A stretch of 64,000 nucleotides of DNA, taken from assembly GCA_032718475.1 (NCBI GenBank), contig JAUCBJ010000021.1:41460-105459 (forward strand), written 5' to 3'. Shown piece by piece: positions 1 through 12,345 of the stretch; position 1 is the first letter of the stretch; the number at the start of each line of letters is the position of its first letter. Origin of the DNA: Nemertoderma westbladi (lineage: Eukaryota; Animalia; Xenacoelomorpha). Below the pieces are notes generated by a model, which did no database searches, was not told where the DNA came from, and saw only the letters and a program-made list of their open reading frames with translations. The position numbers were made by a program, and so were the translations under genes.

Positions 1-239
1 TCGGTAAACTTATTTTTCTGCCGATATTAATCCCAGGTCTCACCATAGGTTGCAAGTTTGGTATGTCTCTTGAGCGCAAAGTAACACCTGTATTTACATT
101 AGCGTAGGTACTACCCACATCTGTAATACATGAGGTTTCACCGTGCTTATGGTCGCTCAAGTGTGTCAAAATTGGTAGTTTGTCAATACAAGGCCGCTCC
201 AATAGGGAAACTGCGGCTTTTCTATTTGTCAATATGTTA

Positions 240-3200
240 CTAGTGTCTGGTAGAACATTTTGTGACATGTCTGGTGAAATGTTTCGCGGAACATCCGGCG
301 AAATATCTAATGACGTGTCTAGCAAAACGTCTGGTTGACTCTGGTAACGTATCTGGTTGTTTGTCAATAGAAGGCCGCTCCAATAGAGAAACTGCGGCTT
401 TACTATTTGTCAGTATGTTACTAGTGTCTGGTAGAACATTTTGTGATATGTCTGGCAAAATGTCTGGTTGGCTGTCTAGTAACGTGTCTGTTTGACCGTC
501 TGGCGATATGTCTGGTGTAGAAAGGCTCGCAAGTCTTCCTCTCTTGACCTTTGAAGTTATATCTTTCCATTTCGCCTTCGGTTTTTTCTTGAGTTTAGCC
601 GCCGTCCTTTTCTTTGCCTTCCCCTTTTTTGGTTTCTTGATTTCGGCGTCCTTAGGGATGGTGTTAGACTTGTTGTCGTATAACGGTGGCCAATCTTGCG
701 TCGATTTCTGCAAGAATTGGGGTCCGTGTTGCCAAAATTCTTTGTTCTCCGGTTTACAGAATTCCTCAGGCATCATTCCTCGCGACGCAATATCGGCTGG
801 GTTTTGTGGTCCGGGACAATGTCGCCAATCTTCTTTTATTGAACGGTCTAGAATCTCTGCGCGACGGTTAGCTACGAATGTCTTGAATTCAAGTGTGTCG
901 TTGTTTATGTAAAATAAAACCAACGTCGCGTTAGTCCAATAAAATATCTGTAAACTTGACTGTAGTTCTGTCTGTATAAGGTTCACGATGGTGGTTGACA
1001 GGGTTGCGGCTTGTAGCTCAGCTCGTGGTGTCGTCATATACTTAGTAGGCATTGTTTTTGCCTTAGAAGTAATGAGCGAAACATCGAATTCTTCTGAGTC
1101 TACTTGTCTGCGCAAGTACGCTACCACACCAAAACCGTTGTCACTGGCGTCAGAAAAACAATGTAATTCCAAGTTGTCAGGAAACGTTGTTTGTAATGGA
1201 AAGTAGACTCTGGGTATGGAATAATCCTCTAGCGAAGATAATTCTGCCTCCCAGGTCTTCCATAAGTCCACTTGGTCTGATGAGATCGGCTCGTCCCATG
1301 TCAGTCCATCTTTCCAAATACTGCGCATATAAATGCGGGCTTGCAGTATTATTGGACTGATGAATCCTAATGGATCGAACAATCGGCTCAATTTTGACAA
1401 GCATGATCTCTTTGTCAGTGTGTTTTCTTGACTGTCCAGTCTTACCTTCACTCGAAAGTTGTCCGTGTTTGGGTCCCAAAAGAGCCCCAACACCTTGGTC
1501 GTCGGTAGTGGTTCGAACTCTAGGTCTATGTCACCACCTCCACGCTCAGTCGTTCCGAATGAGTCTACTAATTCGGCACTGTTTGAGGCGAATTTGGTGA
1601 GGTTAAAACCTCCGCCCGCTAAGCAGTCCCGTAATTGATGTGCTACTGTTGTAGCACGTTCTACTGTGTCGCAACTCTGTAAACCGTCGTCGACGTAAAA
1701 GTCACGTTCCACAATCCTAATTATCTCTGGGTCATACAAATGTTTCTGATCCCTAGCGGCTTGCTTTAGGGCATACATCGTACAGTTTGGGCTGTCCCTG
1801 GCACCGAAAACGCGAACTTGCATTTGGTAAGTCGCCGGTGGTAGACTTAAGTCTCCTTCCGGATACCAGAGGAACCTCAAACTGTCTCTGTCTTGCTCTA
1901 ACGCTCTCACTTGGTGAAACATAGCTTCAACGTCGCAAGTAAAAGCTACTTGACGCTGACGGAAGCGCATAATCACCCCCATAAGATAATTATTCATGTT
2001 TGGTCCATCCATCAACTTGCTATTGAGGGACATTCCCTCAAACAGAGCAGCACAGTCATTGACTACACGTACTTTGTCTGGTTTGTCGGGGTGTCTCACA
2101 AAGTGATGTGGCAAATAGTATGTCTGGTTAGTCACTATCTCTGGGTTAGTCATTCGGATAGCGTATCCCTTGGTCAAATACGTCTCCATCTGAGTGTTGT
2201 ACTGCAGATGGGCTTTCTCGTCCTTTAATAGACGTTGTCGTATTGAGTGTAGACGTCTTAAAGCTAGTGGGTAGTTATTTATGAGTTTAGGACTTTGGCT
2301 ACGCCATAACATCCCTACCTCATAATGTCCGTCTTTCGTCTGGCGGATAGTATCTTCCATGATCTTCAAAGATTGTTTCTCTTGTTCCGACATACATGGT
2401 TCGTAGCTACCAGGTTCAGCTGTATCTTGTTCTAACCACCTGATAGTCTTCTCCGTTAATTCTTTGTCCAATACAGCTTGTTCCACTTGATGATTTCTCA
2501 ACTCGTCATCATCGATATCGACGGGCATTGTTGAGGTTGTTGGGGTAGGTAGACTCGCAAGCCTTCCGGCGTTATCATCTGTCTTCGATGGAATCTCTAG
2601 CTGACTCGTCTTCTCCCCAAGTTCTAAACTCACCTGGTGGATTAGCTGCTCCTTGTGACTTATCATACTAGTTACACGTCTGTCATGTTTTGTATGTAAG
2701 GTAGTATGGTCCACGTCGTGTGAAAAGGAATGAATTGAATTTGTAGTTAATAAACTACATGTACTTTGTACATCGTCTTCCTCGTCACTTATGTCCAGTG
2801 TGCGCACAGGCGCTCGAGTATACCACCCTATCGGCGTCCTACAGGCGTATGCGTTTCCCGCTACGACTGCCGATGGTCTGGTTTCCCACACTTGATGTAG
2901 GTTGAATTGGTCTGTCCCGATCAGCATTGCTACCGATCTATAATTGACAGGACATTCAGGTACACCAAGGTGTCTGAAATACTTACGGTCCTCCAAGGAT
3001 TGCTCTGGGACAGGACCTAGTAGGTTACTAAAGTCTTTGGTGGCCGCAAAAGTCAAATCCTTGAAGGGTAACAAAGACCTCTCCTTTTCGCTGTGTTGCG
3101 ATTTTGGAAGAAGAGTGTCTAAGTCCAACTTAACTCGTGTCACTGGTATTGCACGTTGTCCGTGCATACTACTTACGGTGTAACTGACGCGCTTACCTTG

Positions 3201-4091
3201 TCTGAGATCCGTTACTACATCAGCTATCTGTTCATCCACGTAGCTGTGAGATGAGGCTGAATCCAAGATAGCGTAGATTCTCTTGCTCCCCTTTATGCCA
3301 GTAATCTTAATCGGAATTACACTGAATCCCTTTAATTGGTCAGTCGTCAGAAGCGCGATCGATGGTTGTTCGTCTCCATCAGAATATACGTCGTCGTCTT
3401 CTGACTCTTCGTCCGACGATCCGGATTGTTCTGAGAAGCAATCCTTGATATGTGTCACAAAGGTTGGAGTCGTTTTCGATTCTCGATTTTTGTAGGCCGC
3501 ATTACATTTCGCTGCTGCTTCCGGGTATTCCCTGGCGAAGCGTTTTGTCGGCGTGTGGCTGTCTGTATGGAGCAGACCGTCGTGGTTGCGTCCACAGGAT
3601 GGACAAGTGTCGGTATTTGGGCAATCCTTGCGAACGTGTCCGTGTCGCGTACACCGCCAACAAGAGTCCAATGGCCGTATCTGCAGCCGTCGTTCTTCCG
3701 AGTTTAACTCGCGAAACTGTCGACAACCTCTCAACTTGTGACCGATATACCGCTTGCCTAGATGCTCGCAGTATTGGCAGCCGCTGAAGTTGGTACTGAG
3801 TTGCTGTCTCGTCTGTTTTGTCCCAATGGGCGCAGATACCCTACTACCGTCCGAGAATTGTCGTGATTCCGTCGGTGTGGCGTAAGTGGCCGTCTTAGTG
3901 GATGTTGTCTGGGGTTTTTGTCGGTTTGAGGATGGCAAGGTGATTCCTTCTGCCACGATGTGCTGGTCAGTGTAGTTGGATCGAGTTTCTACCACTGCCT
4001 CCCTGGATATCAAAAGGTACACATCCTCCAGTTTTAAGAATCCACCCCGCTCTTCTCGCTGGTATTCGATCTTCCTCCACTCCCGACGAAG
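240..4091 (-). pseudogene. pol: BEL/Pao gag C-terminus, protease, RT and RNase H (pol), disrupted
   Basis: Three BEL-type Cys/His knuckles (CQYC..H..C, CWRCTRHGHVRKDC, CPSCGRNHDGLLH), protease ILDSAS, RT YLPHH..VRVVNDC..DVEAMF..FGARDSP..FYVDD, RNase H HCFSDAS..RAELQAA..WTNAT, then NPADIASRG. In frame with gag across one TGA. The frame is lost in a ~181 bp duplication (182-480) before any integrase. Confidence 0.92.
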
Positions 4092-7025
4092 TCAATGGTG
4101 GAGTCGTCCTATGATCTTTAATAGGACTGTAGGGGTATTCCCGTAGTCAAGTTGTCCAATGGATCTCAAAGTAGTGATAGCGTTCTTTATCTCGTCAGCC
4201 AGTTTCAATAAGTCTACGGGTTTAGTAATAGCCCCTCCCTTACAGAGTTCCTCTATCACTGACCTGGCCATGCTGACTGTACCTCCGTAGATCGAAGTTA
4301 AACGATCGTACGCTAGTTCGAAAGCGTCCGGTACACCAACGAAGGTCTCCGCCAAACGTTTAGGTTCTCCTGACAACGTTTGAAGCAGGTAATTAAACTT
4401 CTCCCGTGATGTAAAGGCGCACACGGCGATCTGAGATTCGATATAGTCTACGAAAGTATGCCAGTGTTTTGAGCTACCGGAAAACTTCGGTGGTTGTTGT
4501 ACCGGCAATCCCTGTCTGGCTGCGAATTTCGCTATCTCCTCAGCAACGTTCAGAGTTTCGCGTCCTTGGTTGGTAATCTGGTTGATATCCCTTCTTGGCG
4601 CTTTTCCCTGATACGAAGTATGTTTTGAAGGTACCGGTCTTTGTGGTTCCTTCGGGTGTCTATTGTGTTCGAATTCAGTGTTCCTCGAACTATCGGTTTG
4701 AACTTCCTCCAGACGTTCCTCAATCTGAGCCAACTTGTTAACAACTGGTCGCAGGATGTCGGCGAACTGTTGTGTACTGATTGCGTCCGTTGGTTGTAAC
4801 GTCTTCTGTGTTGGTGTATTTTGTGGAGGATTGTCTACAAAGGAGTTGTCTGAACGCTCGCGTTTATATTCATCGGCCGCCCCTGTTCTAAATACCTCGC
4901 GTTTCGGGTAATCCGATTCGCTCGAAGTACTACTATCATCTGGATATGGTGGTCGACGTGTTCGCGTCCGTTGCGTCGTACGAATTCTAACGTTTCGTTT
5001 CGGAACATCGTCCACTGATCTCCGTTGTTCGGTAGGCTCACAAGTCTTCCTCGAAGTCGTAGATTGCGATGTAAACTGGTTGAACGGTCGCGTATCCACT
5101 GGTCTCCGTTGTTCGGTAGGCTCACAAGTCTTCCTCGAAGTCGTAGATTGCGATGTAAACTGAACCGGTGGTCGGACGACAGCGTTTGAATCCAAAGGCT
5201 TTGTAGGCCTAAACGTCATTGGGTACGTGTAGTGCATAACGAGTTTTGGTGTCGAAGGTGGACTCACCTGTTTAGTCGTCAGTAGTGCAGGTCTGGTCAA
5301 CAAACTACTACGATCTGTAATCGGTGGGTTACTTACCTTGACTTTTAGAATAGGCGACGACGTTGCTCTTGGCGGTGTAAACTTGTCCGGAATAACAAAC
5401 CTGTGTTCCGTCGCACCACGGATAGGAGAAATGTTACTACTACCCGCAATCGAAACAGGTTCCTTAGTCGTAACTGGTGCAAACATAGGAGTTACTTGAG
5501 GGAATCTTTGACATAAGTCTTTAACTAATTGTCGTTCCCGTCCAGGTGCTCCTATCGAACCTTCCTTCATTCGTTCCTGGATTTGGCGGTGCCTTACCTC
5601 CATCTGGTCTAAATCATGTCCATCTCGAGATCTCATCGATCGATCGCGGGCTTGTAGATCCAGGTCTTCCTTGGCGTTGGCTAATTCTCTCGCCTTCTTC
5701 TCGAGTTCGAAACGAAGTTTAACTTCTTTCTCGCGTTGTTCCGTTTGTTGTTGTTGCGCCTCGAACTCCGCTTGTCGTATAGCTGATTGAGCCTTTATTT
5801 GCCGTTTTTTCATTTCGGTTCTCGCTTCTGAAGCTAACCTTTGTCGCTCTAACTCGGACGCTGCCGCTGCCGCTGCCGCTGCTGCTTGTCGCTCTAACTC
5901 GGCCGCTGCCGCTTGTCGCTCTAACTCGGCCGCTGCCGCTTGTCGCTCTAACTCGGCCGCTGCCGCTTGTCGCTCTAACTCGGCCGCTGCCGTTCGTTGC
6001 GCTAACTCGGCCACTGCTGCTTGTTGTGCAATGTCCAACTCTAACCTTTCCATTTCGGCTACTTCCAACTCAGCTTGTTCTTGCAGATGAGAGATTCTCG
6101 CAACATTCGCAACGCGTAGTTTCTCTTCTTCTGCTGCTACTTGTGCCATTAAGAATTGAGTTTGTTCCTCCCACTCTTGTTGTTGTCTGTAGATCTGCTG
6201 TTGTCGAGCAATTTCTGACGTAGCCATACTCACCTCGCCAATTTCGCTGCGAATACTCACCAGTGATTGATCTAGTGTTCCCGGTACCGGTTCGATTTGT
6301 GCGAGTGAAGTTTCCCTCGTAGCCTCCGGCACGGTTTCCCAATCTCCGACGTCCTCGCCGCACATACGTAAGTGATCCGTCAGGTGTTTCAATTGTCCAT
6401 CCAGCCTATACAGTTCCTGTTCTTCCTCGGGCTGCAATAATTCGTCCGAAACTGACTCACCTAACAACTGGTCCGCTTGTTCCTGTTGTATCTGCCTAAT
6501 CGTCGACTTAAACTGAATCAGTTTCTCTCTAGCGATCATTAGTTTCTCGAGGATTCTAAGTTGAGTATCCATGTCCTGTCTCTGTCTAGCTAGATCTTGT
6601 AGACCAATTAGGTTATCTACGGACTTATATACTTTACTCTGTACTCTAACCTGGAGGGTGTAGAACTCGAATCGAGACATCGGAGCGGTCAACTCGTCTA
6701 ATATGCGTTGGCCTTCTCCAATACTCCTGGTTATATGCGCCATGTATCCTCCGACGCTTCTAACCACACTTTCTGTGCTTCCTGCTGAACTTACCATCTC
6801 CGTTTCCCTGTATCTAGGTTGCGGGACCGTTAGGAAATCCTCAGTCCTGCCGTCGCCTCGTACTACGGCATCCGGTACTCCCGTTGGATGTACTGGTGAC
6901 GCGCACGGTGTAGGTTCGGTAGGCTCACGAGTCTTCCCCTGTGGTTCTTCCGCTTCTGACTTATCTCCGTCACATGAGTCATAGTCGGTTTGTGTATTTT
7001 TCGTATAGTCTTGTTTGTCACTCAT
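4092..7025 (-). CDS. gag: BEL/Pao Gag with long coiled-coil N-terminus and DUF1759-like core
   Basis: 977-aa ORF with AAAAELERQ repeats and the core PPKFSG..W..F....KFNYLLQTLSGEP..AYDRLTSIYG typical of BEL gag. Confidence 0.88.
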   Translation of the reverse strand: MSDKQDYTKNTQTDYDSCDGDKSEAEEPQGKTREPTEPTPCASPVHPTGVPDAVVRGDGRTEDFLTVPQPRYRETEMVSSAGSTESVVRSVGGYMAHITRSIGEGQRILDELTAPMSRFEFYTLQVRVQSKVYKSVDNLIGLQDLARQRQDMDTQLRILEKLMIAREKLIQFKSTIRQIQQEQADQLLGESVSDELLQPEEEQELYRLDGQLKHLTDHLRMCGEDVGDWETVPEATRETSLAQIEPVPGTLDQSLVSIRSEIGEVSMATSEIARQQQIYRQQQEWEEQTQFLMAQVAAEEEKLRVANVARISHLQEQAELEVAEMERLELDIAQQAAVAELAQRTAAAELERQAAAAELERQAAAAELERQAAAAELERQAAAAAAAAASELERQRLASEARTEMKKRQIKAQSAIRQAEFEAQQQQTEQREKEVKLRFELEKKARELANAKEDLDLQARDRSMRSRDGHDLDQMEVRHRQIQERMKEGSIGAPGRERQLVKDLCQRFPQVTPMFAPVTTKEPVSIAGSSNISPIRGATEHRFVIPDKFTPPRATSSPILKVKVSNPPITDRSSLLTRPALLTTKQVSPPSTPKLVMHYTYPMTFRPTKPLDSNAVVRPPVQFTSQSTTSRKTCEPTEQRRPVDTRPFNQFTSQSTTSRKTCEPTEQRRSVDDVPKRNVRIRTTQRTRTRRPPYPDDSSTSSESDYPKREVFRTGAADEYKRERSDNSFVDNPPQNTPTQKTLQPTDAISTQQFADILRPVVNKLAQIEERLEEVQTDSSRNTEFEHNRHPKEPQRPVPSKHTSYQGKAPRRDINQITNQGRETLNVAEEIAKFAARQGLPVQQPPKFSGSSKHWHTFVDYIESQIAVCAFTSREKFNYLLQTLSGEPKRLAETFVGVPDAFELAYDRLTSIYGGTVSMARSVIEELCKGGAITKPVDLLKLADEIKNAITTLRSIGQLDYGNTPTVLLKIIGRLHH

Positions 7026-9121
7026 TTCGGTAGTTGTAAGTCAAGTAAAGTGAGTGTCAAGGTATCAAATTTACCGTATTTTATCTAAACGGTACTAATT
7101 ACAGTCATATAAAATTAGCCTACCGGCCGATTTTATAGCAGATGGATAAAATTAGCCTAGACGGCCAATTTTACAGCAAATAAATGTCACGGAATAAGTA
7201 TATAATAAAATTAGCCTAGCGGCCAATTTTATAACAAATAAATCGGATAACGATATGCGTTATCAAAAGGTAAATTAAATACAATAATACGGACTAATTC
7301 AGCAATGAACAAAGAAATCATACGGAATGCATAAATACTTGAGACAGTGGAACCCACAATAATTTTAACTAATACGGTAATGCCTAACTTATTTATGCAA
7401 CTTTTCGAACTCACCCACTCCAATAATTCTCCAGAAAAACAGATTCCCAGATACAAACCGGACGTGAACCTTTCCGTTTTCAGCGTTGCGGACGAAGCGC
7501 GATTTTCCCAACCAAAGTTGTTGAGTTATCTATCTCCCAAACTTGCTAAACACGGTCTTGCTCCCGTTACAGTCTAGAAATGAGTTCTGAATCCTGAAAA
7601 ACAAAAGAGTTAGGTTTTACTTTTACGAAAAATTTTGTACCGGTACAATATGGTATTTAAACCCTTTTAAACACCGGTATTCAATTCCAAAATATTTTAC
7701 ACGCGGTTCAAATCAAATTTTATTTCAAAAAATTAGCACTTAGCTAATCAAATATAAATTTTTACCTCAAAATACAAAATTTTCAAATAACTTTAGTCCT
7801 ACCGAACCGTAGTTCAGTAAAACACATTCCTACTATTCGAAGAGACAGTAACAATACCTGCAATATCCTACTGTAAAGTTTGTGAATCAAATCATAAATC
7901 CGACCTTCTCACCAAAACAGTAAACTCTAAGTAAGCGAATATATTGCAGTATCGATCTCTTATAACCGGTGAGGCAGAAAACAGTCTACGAGCAGACAAA
8001 CTTCGATAAAACAAAATCCCGCGCAGCGAATCCTAAAATCAGGCTGACTCACTGACGGACTAAGGGGCTCGTATACCTTGCCGCGGTGTGATTTATATGG
8101 TTGGGCGAAAGGGACGCTAGCTAGGTACAGAGGCAGAGATTTGGAGATGTCTAACTAGCGGGCAAAGCACAGTAAGGACAAAGTTAATTTTATATATTTT
8201 GAGGTGTAAATAATTTCTAACGCGCGCGTGTGTTAATTCTAAACAGTCAAAAGCAGTTTTGCTCCTTCACATATATAATTACTGGGTACGGTGTGCATTT
8301 TACAAATATTCTAATTTTGTAACTTGTAGGTCCAATACTCACGAATGATAAGGTTCCTTCCCCTCTTGCGTATTTCCAGGACTCAAATTCAGGCATAAGG
8401 TTAATGCTACGCCCAGAATTCGGCAATTTTAATTTACCAGGTCCCTAATACTAAGAAGAAATGTGTTAGTTTACTACTGTAGGCGTACAGTTACAAATAG
8501 CTATCCTGGCTCTTATCTAGAATTTTAATCACCTAGGTAGGCTGGGTAACTTCCTATCAAGACGTTGGCGGGGACACGGTAGATGTTAGTATATCCCTAA
8601 TAGCCTCAATTTATTTTGCGCCTAGTTGTAAACTGCCCTACCGCCTGAACGGTACAATCCTAATTCAGGTGAAACACAGCAACCCTCCTAGCCTACAAGT
8701 TCTAGTGCAATGGACACCGTTGTACTACAAATAGTCGCAGACGCACCTGCACTTAGCAAGAGTTAGGCGTACAGTTTGCTGCACCCTACCAATGTGTATG
8801 CTTCGTACCGGTGTGCCTACGTCCTATCTGCGTACTAGTATCTGCCTGCTCTCTCTCTCCCCCCGTAGGAATGTGAAGGTCTACTGTGGTTTTTTCCTGA
8901 ATCAAGACAGTACGGTCCCTAAGATGTAATTTTAGGCTCACAGCGTGTCACTACTTCTACCCTTTTATCTTTGGTCTTACGCTTAGGTAGCAAGGCGTCG
9001 AACGCTGTCTAACCTTTCAGGCGATGGGCGAATAACTAAGGTGGTATTGCGGGTTGTCTCCTGTCTACATTCCCTTGATGTTCCCGTTCATCGCTGCGGC
9101 CCGATCTCTAGCCGGCCATCC

Positions 9122-9527
9122 TGTTCCTAAGAGTGTTCACCGTAGTGAATCATGGTGAAAAGAAAAGCAGGTAGCGGTATTTCTGAATTTATTGCAGATA
9201 ATAATACAAAATGTAATCTGAAAACTAATGACAGAATAAACAAATATCAGATAACTCAGAAGAGATAGAACATTGATAGATAGGATTGATAACTAATGAA
9301 CAAATCGCACCTTTATATACCAAATTTGTGCCGCAATCAATCGAGAAAATTCTCGATTGTTCTATAGGTTCTAACAGGTTTTTAAAGATAACTATTGGTC
9401 CAGCTAATATATAACTTGCACGACATTGGTTACAATCAAATAACTACAGTCTCATTGGTTAATCTAGGTACAAACAAATGCAATTTAATTTGTAGCGGTC
9501 AATTTAAATGAGTTGAAATTCTGCACA
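9122..9527 (-). repeat. putative 5' LTR of BEL element 1
   Basis: The minus strand starts TGTGCAG and ends GGAACA. It contains three ACCAAT motifs (~9394-9460), GTATATAAAG (~9311-9320) and AATAAA (~9188-9193) in LTR order. The partner LTR is not in the window. Confidence 0.55.
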
Positions 9528-9749
9528 AAAAATAATTCGCACTTACTAGGATTCGAACTCAATACCTACTACACATATAATTTCCAACGCTCTACCGACT
9601 GAGCTACTGAACCACTTGACTAATAGGCGTACAATAGATATAGTAAATACAAATGAGGACTCAATGCAATCTTTTACAAAGTTAATTCGAATAAAATAAA
9701 ATTTTGAAAATCCACGGCATTTAGGGAATATAATTCTATACTGTATTAC

Positions 9750-11035
9750 TGATTTACTGGTCAGTTCATTAATCACAGAGTTGCAGACCGGTTATAGTTT
9801 TTGACCGTTATCTAGTATCAATTACATATTTGCTGTTATTCTGTATTGCGATACGGATGACGGATTGCGGATGACGAGACATTAGACGGATCCCATTTCT
9901 CAAGTACCTGATCAAGCACTGACGAAAATGTGGGAGCCCGACAGGAGGGGACGGAGAACAAAACAAACATCGGTTGAGTATAGGAGAACGGGGGGAAGTA
10001 TGGAGAGGAGGTGTTGACATGCGTAGAAGTGAGAGGAGTGCAATTCAAGCGTGGGGAGCGAGCAGTGAGAGAGGAAGAGTCCCAAGGGACCAGAGAGAGA
10101 ATAAGGGACAACAGGGTCCGTGAGAGAGTTTTTGAGTAGAGTTAAAGAAAATTGTGTGGAGAGAGAGCACAATTGTCTCAAACAGAGACACCAGATACCT
10201 TGGTGCAACATAGCTCACGATTGCACCAAGGAGGGCTAGTAATAACCCACCCAGGGGGGGTGGTCAGGAAAGCCGACCCCGAGAAAAGAACTCCACCCCA
10301 CACCCAATACTAGATTGGGTTCCAGCGGAATTGAAGCGCACTTAAGAGAGATGCTATCTTCTTACCGGGAAGATAGCATGGGGGGAGGGGAGTGTAAGCG
10401 GATTCAATTCCCTTCATTCTCCAGCCTAAAATGGGACCAGTGGCATTTTACCAATATAGTTGGCGATACGAGATTACCAATAATAATCTCGCCTCATAAC
10501 CAACTCGGAGGGGAGGGGGGGGGGGGGGCAATACAGGCCCCAAAGCCACAGAGAGAGGGAGAACACAGCTAGTCAAGGCTAGCGGCAGGGGGACTCACAG
10601 GGAGTGCCAAAGTGACAATTAGTACATAAGCCAATAGCAGGCAGGGGAGCACGTGGATAGAGATAGGAAAGCATCCATTGGGTAGAAAAAGGCCAAGTAG
10701 AGTAAGAGGTGAAACTAATATCTATGTGTATCAATCATATATTTATTCTGTTTTACATGATTTACTGGTCAGTTCATTAATCACAGAGTTGCAGACCGGT
10801 TATAGTTTTTGACCGTCATCTATTATCAATTACATATCTGCTGTTATTCTGTATTGCGATATCAATCACATACTAATTCTGTGATATTATCATTTGGAAC
10901 ATTAACATTGAGAAACACATTAAACTCTGTTATTTTCCCCAACGGCCTTCGGCCAAAAGGACACTAGCTCAGCAGCCCAGCAGTTAGGTGACGCGTACCA
11001 AACCTTACCCGGTCGGGATCTACGATCCCGTCACA
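9750..11035 (+). mobile_element. truncated LTR element related to BEL element 2 (LTR fragment, 3' UTR, PPT, complete LTR 10393-11035)
   Basis: PPT GGGGGGAGGGGAG is followed by TGTAAGCGGATTCAATTCC ... GATCCCGTCACA, matching the termini of the 36249-47522 LTRs. It has the same pre-PPT hairpin. 9750-9853 duplicates 10758-10861. Confidence 0.8.
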
Positions 11036-11639
11036 TATATTATTTAGATAATTCAATATTTTGTCGGTCGAACTCTGGATTTGTTTAACCAACTACCGTA
11101 CAATATCAGTACAGTATGATCGAAGTTGCAATAAACAGATTTTCGGTTTTAATAAAACCACGAATATTTCTCCTTTGGATTTTGGTTTAAAAAATCTCCC
11201 AGCCATTTTGTAAAACTAGTTAGTATACAGTTGTGAAACTTTACAAATCAATGTTGAATTAAATTACCTATCCAAATGTGTTAAACTTAGTCGTAGTTGT
11301 TACAAATATTGATGGGCCGACGAAAAAACATTACGGGTTGAGTTTTTTTGGTAACCATATGAAGATATGTCAAATCATAATCATATGGTAGTATTATTTT
11401 GTTTTTGTTTTTAATGTTTTAAAGGATACATTTTTTTTAAATTTTTAATGTTTTAGTTAACATGTTGTAAAGTATTGGGCAATGTTACATAAATAAATGA
11501 AATAGTATTAATAGAAATAAAAAATGTAAATAAAAATAAAGTAGATATACCATTCCTCTAATAATAATTGATGCATTGTCATGTGATCTGATTATTTAAA
11601 CCAATAAGATGAAATATTATTGTTTATAATGAGATTTAC

Positions 11640-11679
11640 CTCCCATTCCTGTGCCATCCGTCTTCAACACTATATTCAT
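11640..11679 (-). CDS. host gene small exon (NEYSVEDGWHRNG)
   Basis: TTTTTTAG acceptor, GTAAAT donor, phase 1 matches the preceding exon. The short size limits certainty. Confidence 0.5.
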
Positions 11680-11747
11680 CTAAAAAATAAGTACAAATAA
11701 TTCTATACAATAGTGCTAAGTTATATTTTAAATTGACAGGATGATAT

Positions 11748-11818
11748 AAGCCGGCATAGCATTCTTAAAAATGCAGCTGCAATGCAGCATGCCGATCCTA
11801 GAAGTAGTCCTAGTAGTA
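11748..11818 (+). mobile_element. 3' end remnant of the RTE LINE family seen at 59224-61102
   Basis: AAGCCGGCA..GCATTCTTAAAAATGCAGCTGCAATGCAGCATGCCGATCCTAG plus TAG repeats, nearly identical to 61035-61100. Confidence 0.8.
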
Positions 11819-12187
11819 TGCTACGAAAAAATAGTAAGACTATGCATGATCTACTAGATAGACCTATCTATTATTGTAGGTCATGCAATGATTGAAAATA
11901 TTAAGTGCACAATAACATAAAGCGAATCTATTTAGCAGATGTCACATATTGGATACAAAAATAAGTAATATGCTATAATTATTGTCTGTTCGAGAATGGA
12001 ATATACGGATACAATACTTGAAGCAAATTAATCTGAAACTACAGAGGCCGTATAATCCGAAGTAGTTATATCAAAATTATAAAAATTAAGATTATATACG
12101 AATATAATACTGGTTTGTTGCCCCAGCAACGTGTAAATAAAAAGCGAGAATTAATGAGAAACTGTTATAAAAAAATATGTCACTTAC

Positions 12188-12345
12188 TTATAGGGCAACA
12201 GAATCTCACTTTGTAGTTTTTACACCTCTTTCCATTATTATCTTGTTTGCGACAGAGGAAGCCATCGGCTGCGTTATAGAAAGCGAATGTTTGTCCGGTG
12301 CTGGCAGCTGGTCTGTTATTAGAACGAACTTGAGCCTCTATGGAA
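12188..12345 (-). CDS. host gene exon, C-terminal half of WxxW (Mucin2_WxxW-like) domain
   Basis: Translates SIEAQVRSNNRPAASTGQTFAFYNAADGFLCRKQDNNGKRCKNYKVRFCCPI. TTTAG acceptor, GTAAGT donor, phase 2 joins exon 18376-18535. Confidence 0.88.

Larger units (their letters stand above)
1..9527 (-). mobile_element. BEL/Pao LTR retrotransposon 1 (degenerate; integrase and 3' LTR lie beyond the window start)
   Basis: gag and pol ORFs on the minus strand with BEL-type motifs, a ~2.1 kb 5' leader and an LTR-like TG...CA block at 9122-9527. Confidence 0.9.

Noticed and set aside
11551-11587. Possible further small host exon (SHDNASIIIRGM)
   Set aside because: It would need a 52-nt intron and has no domain support.
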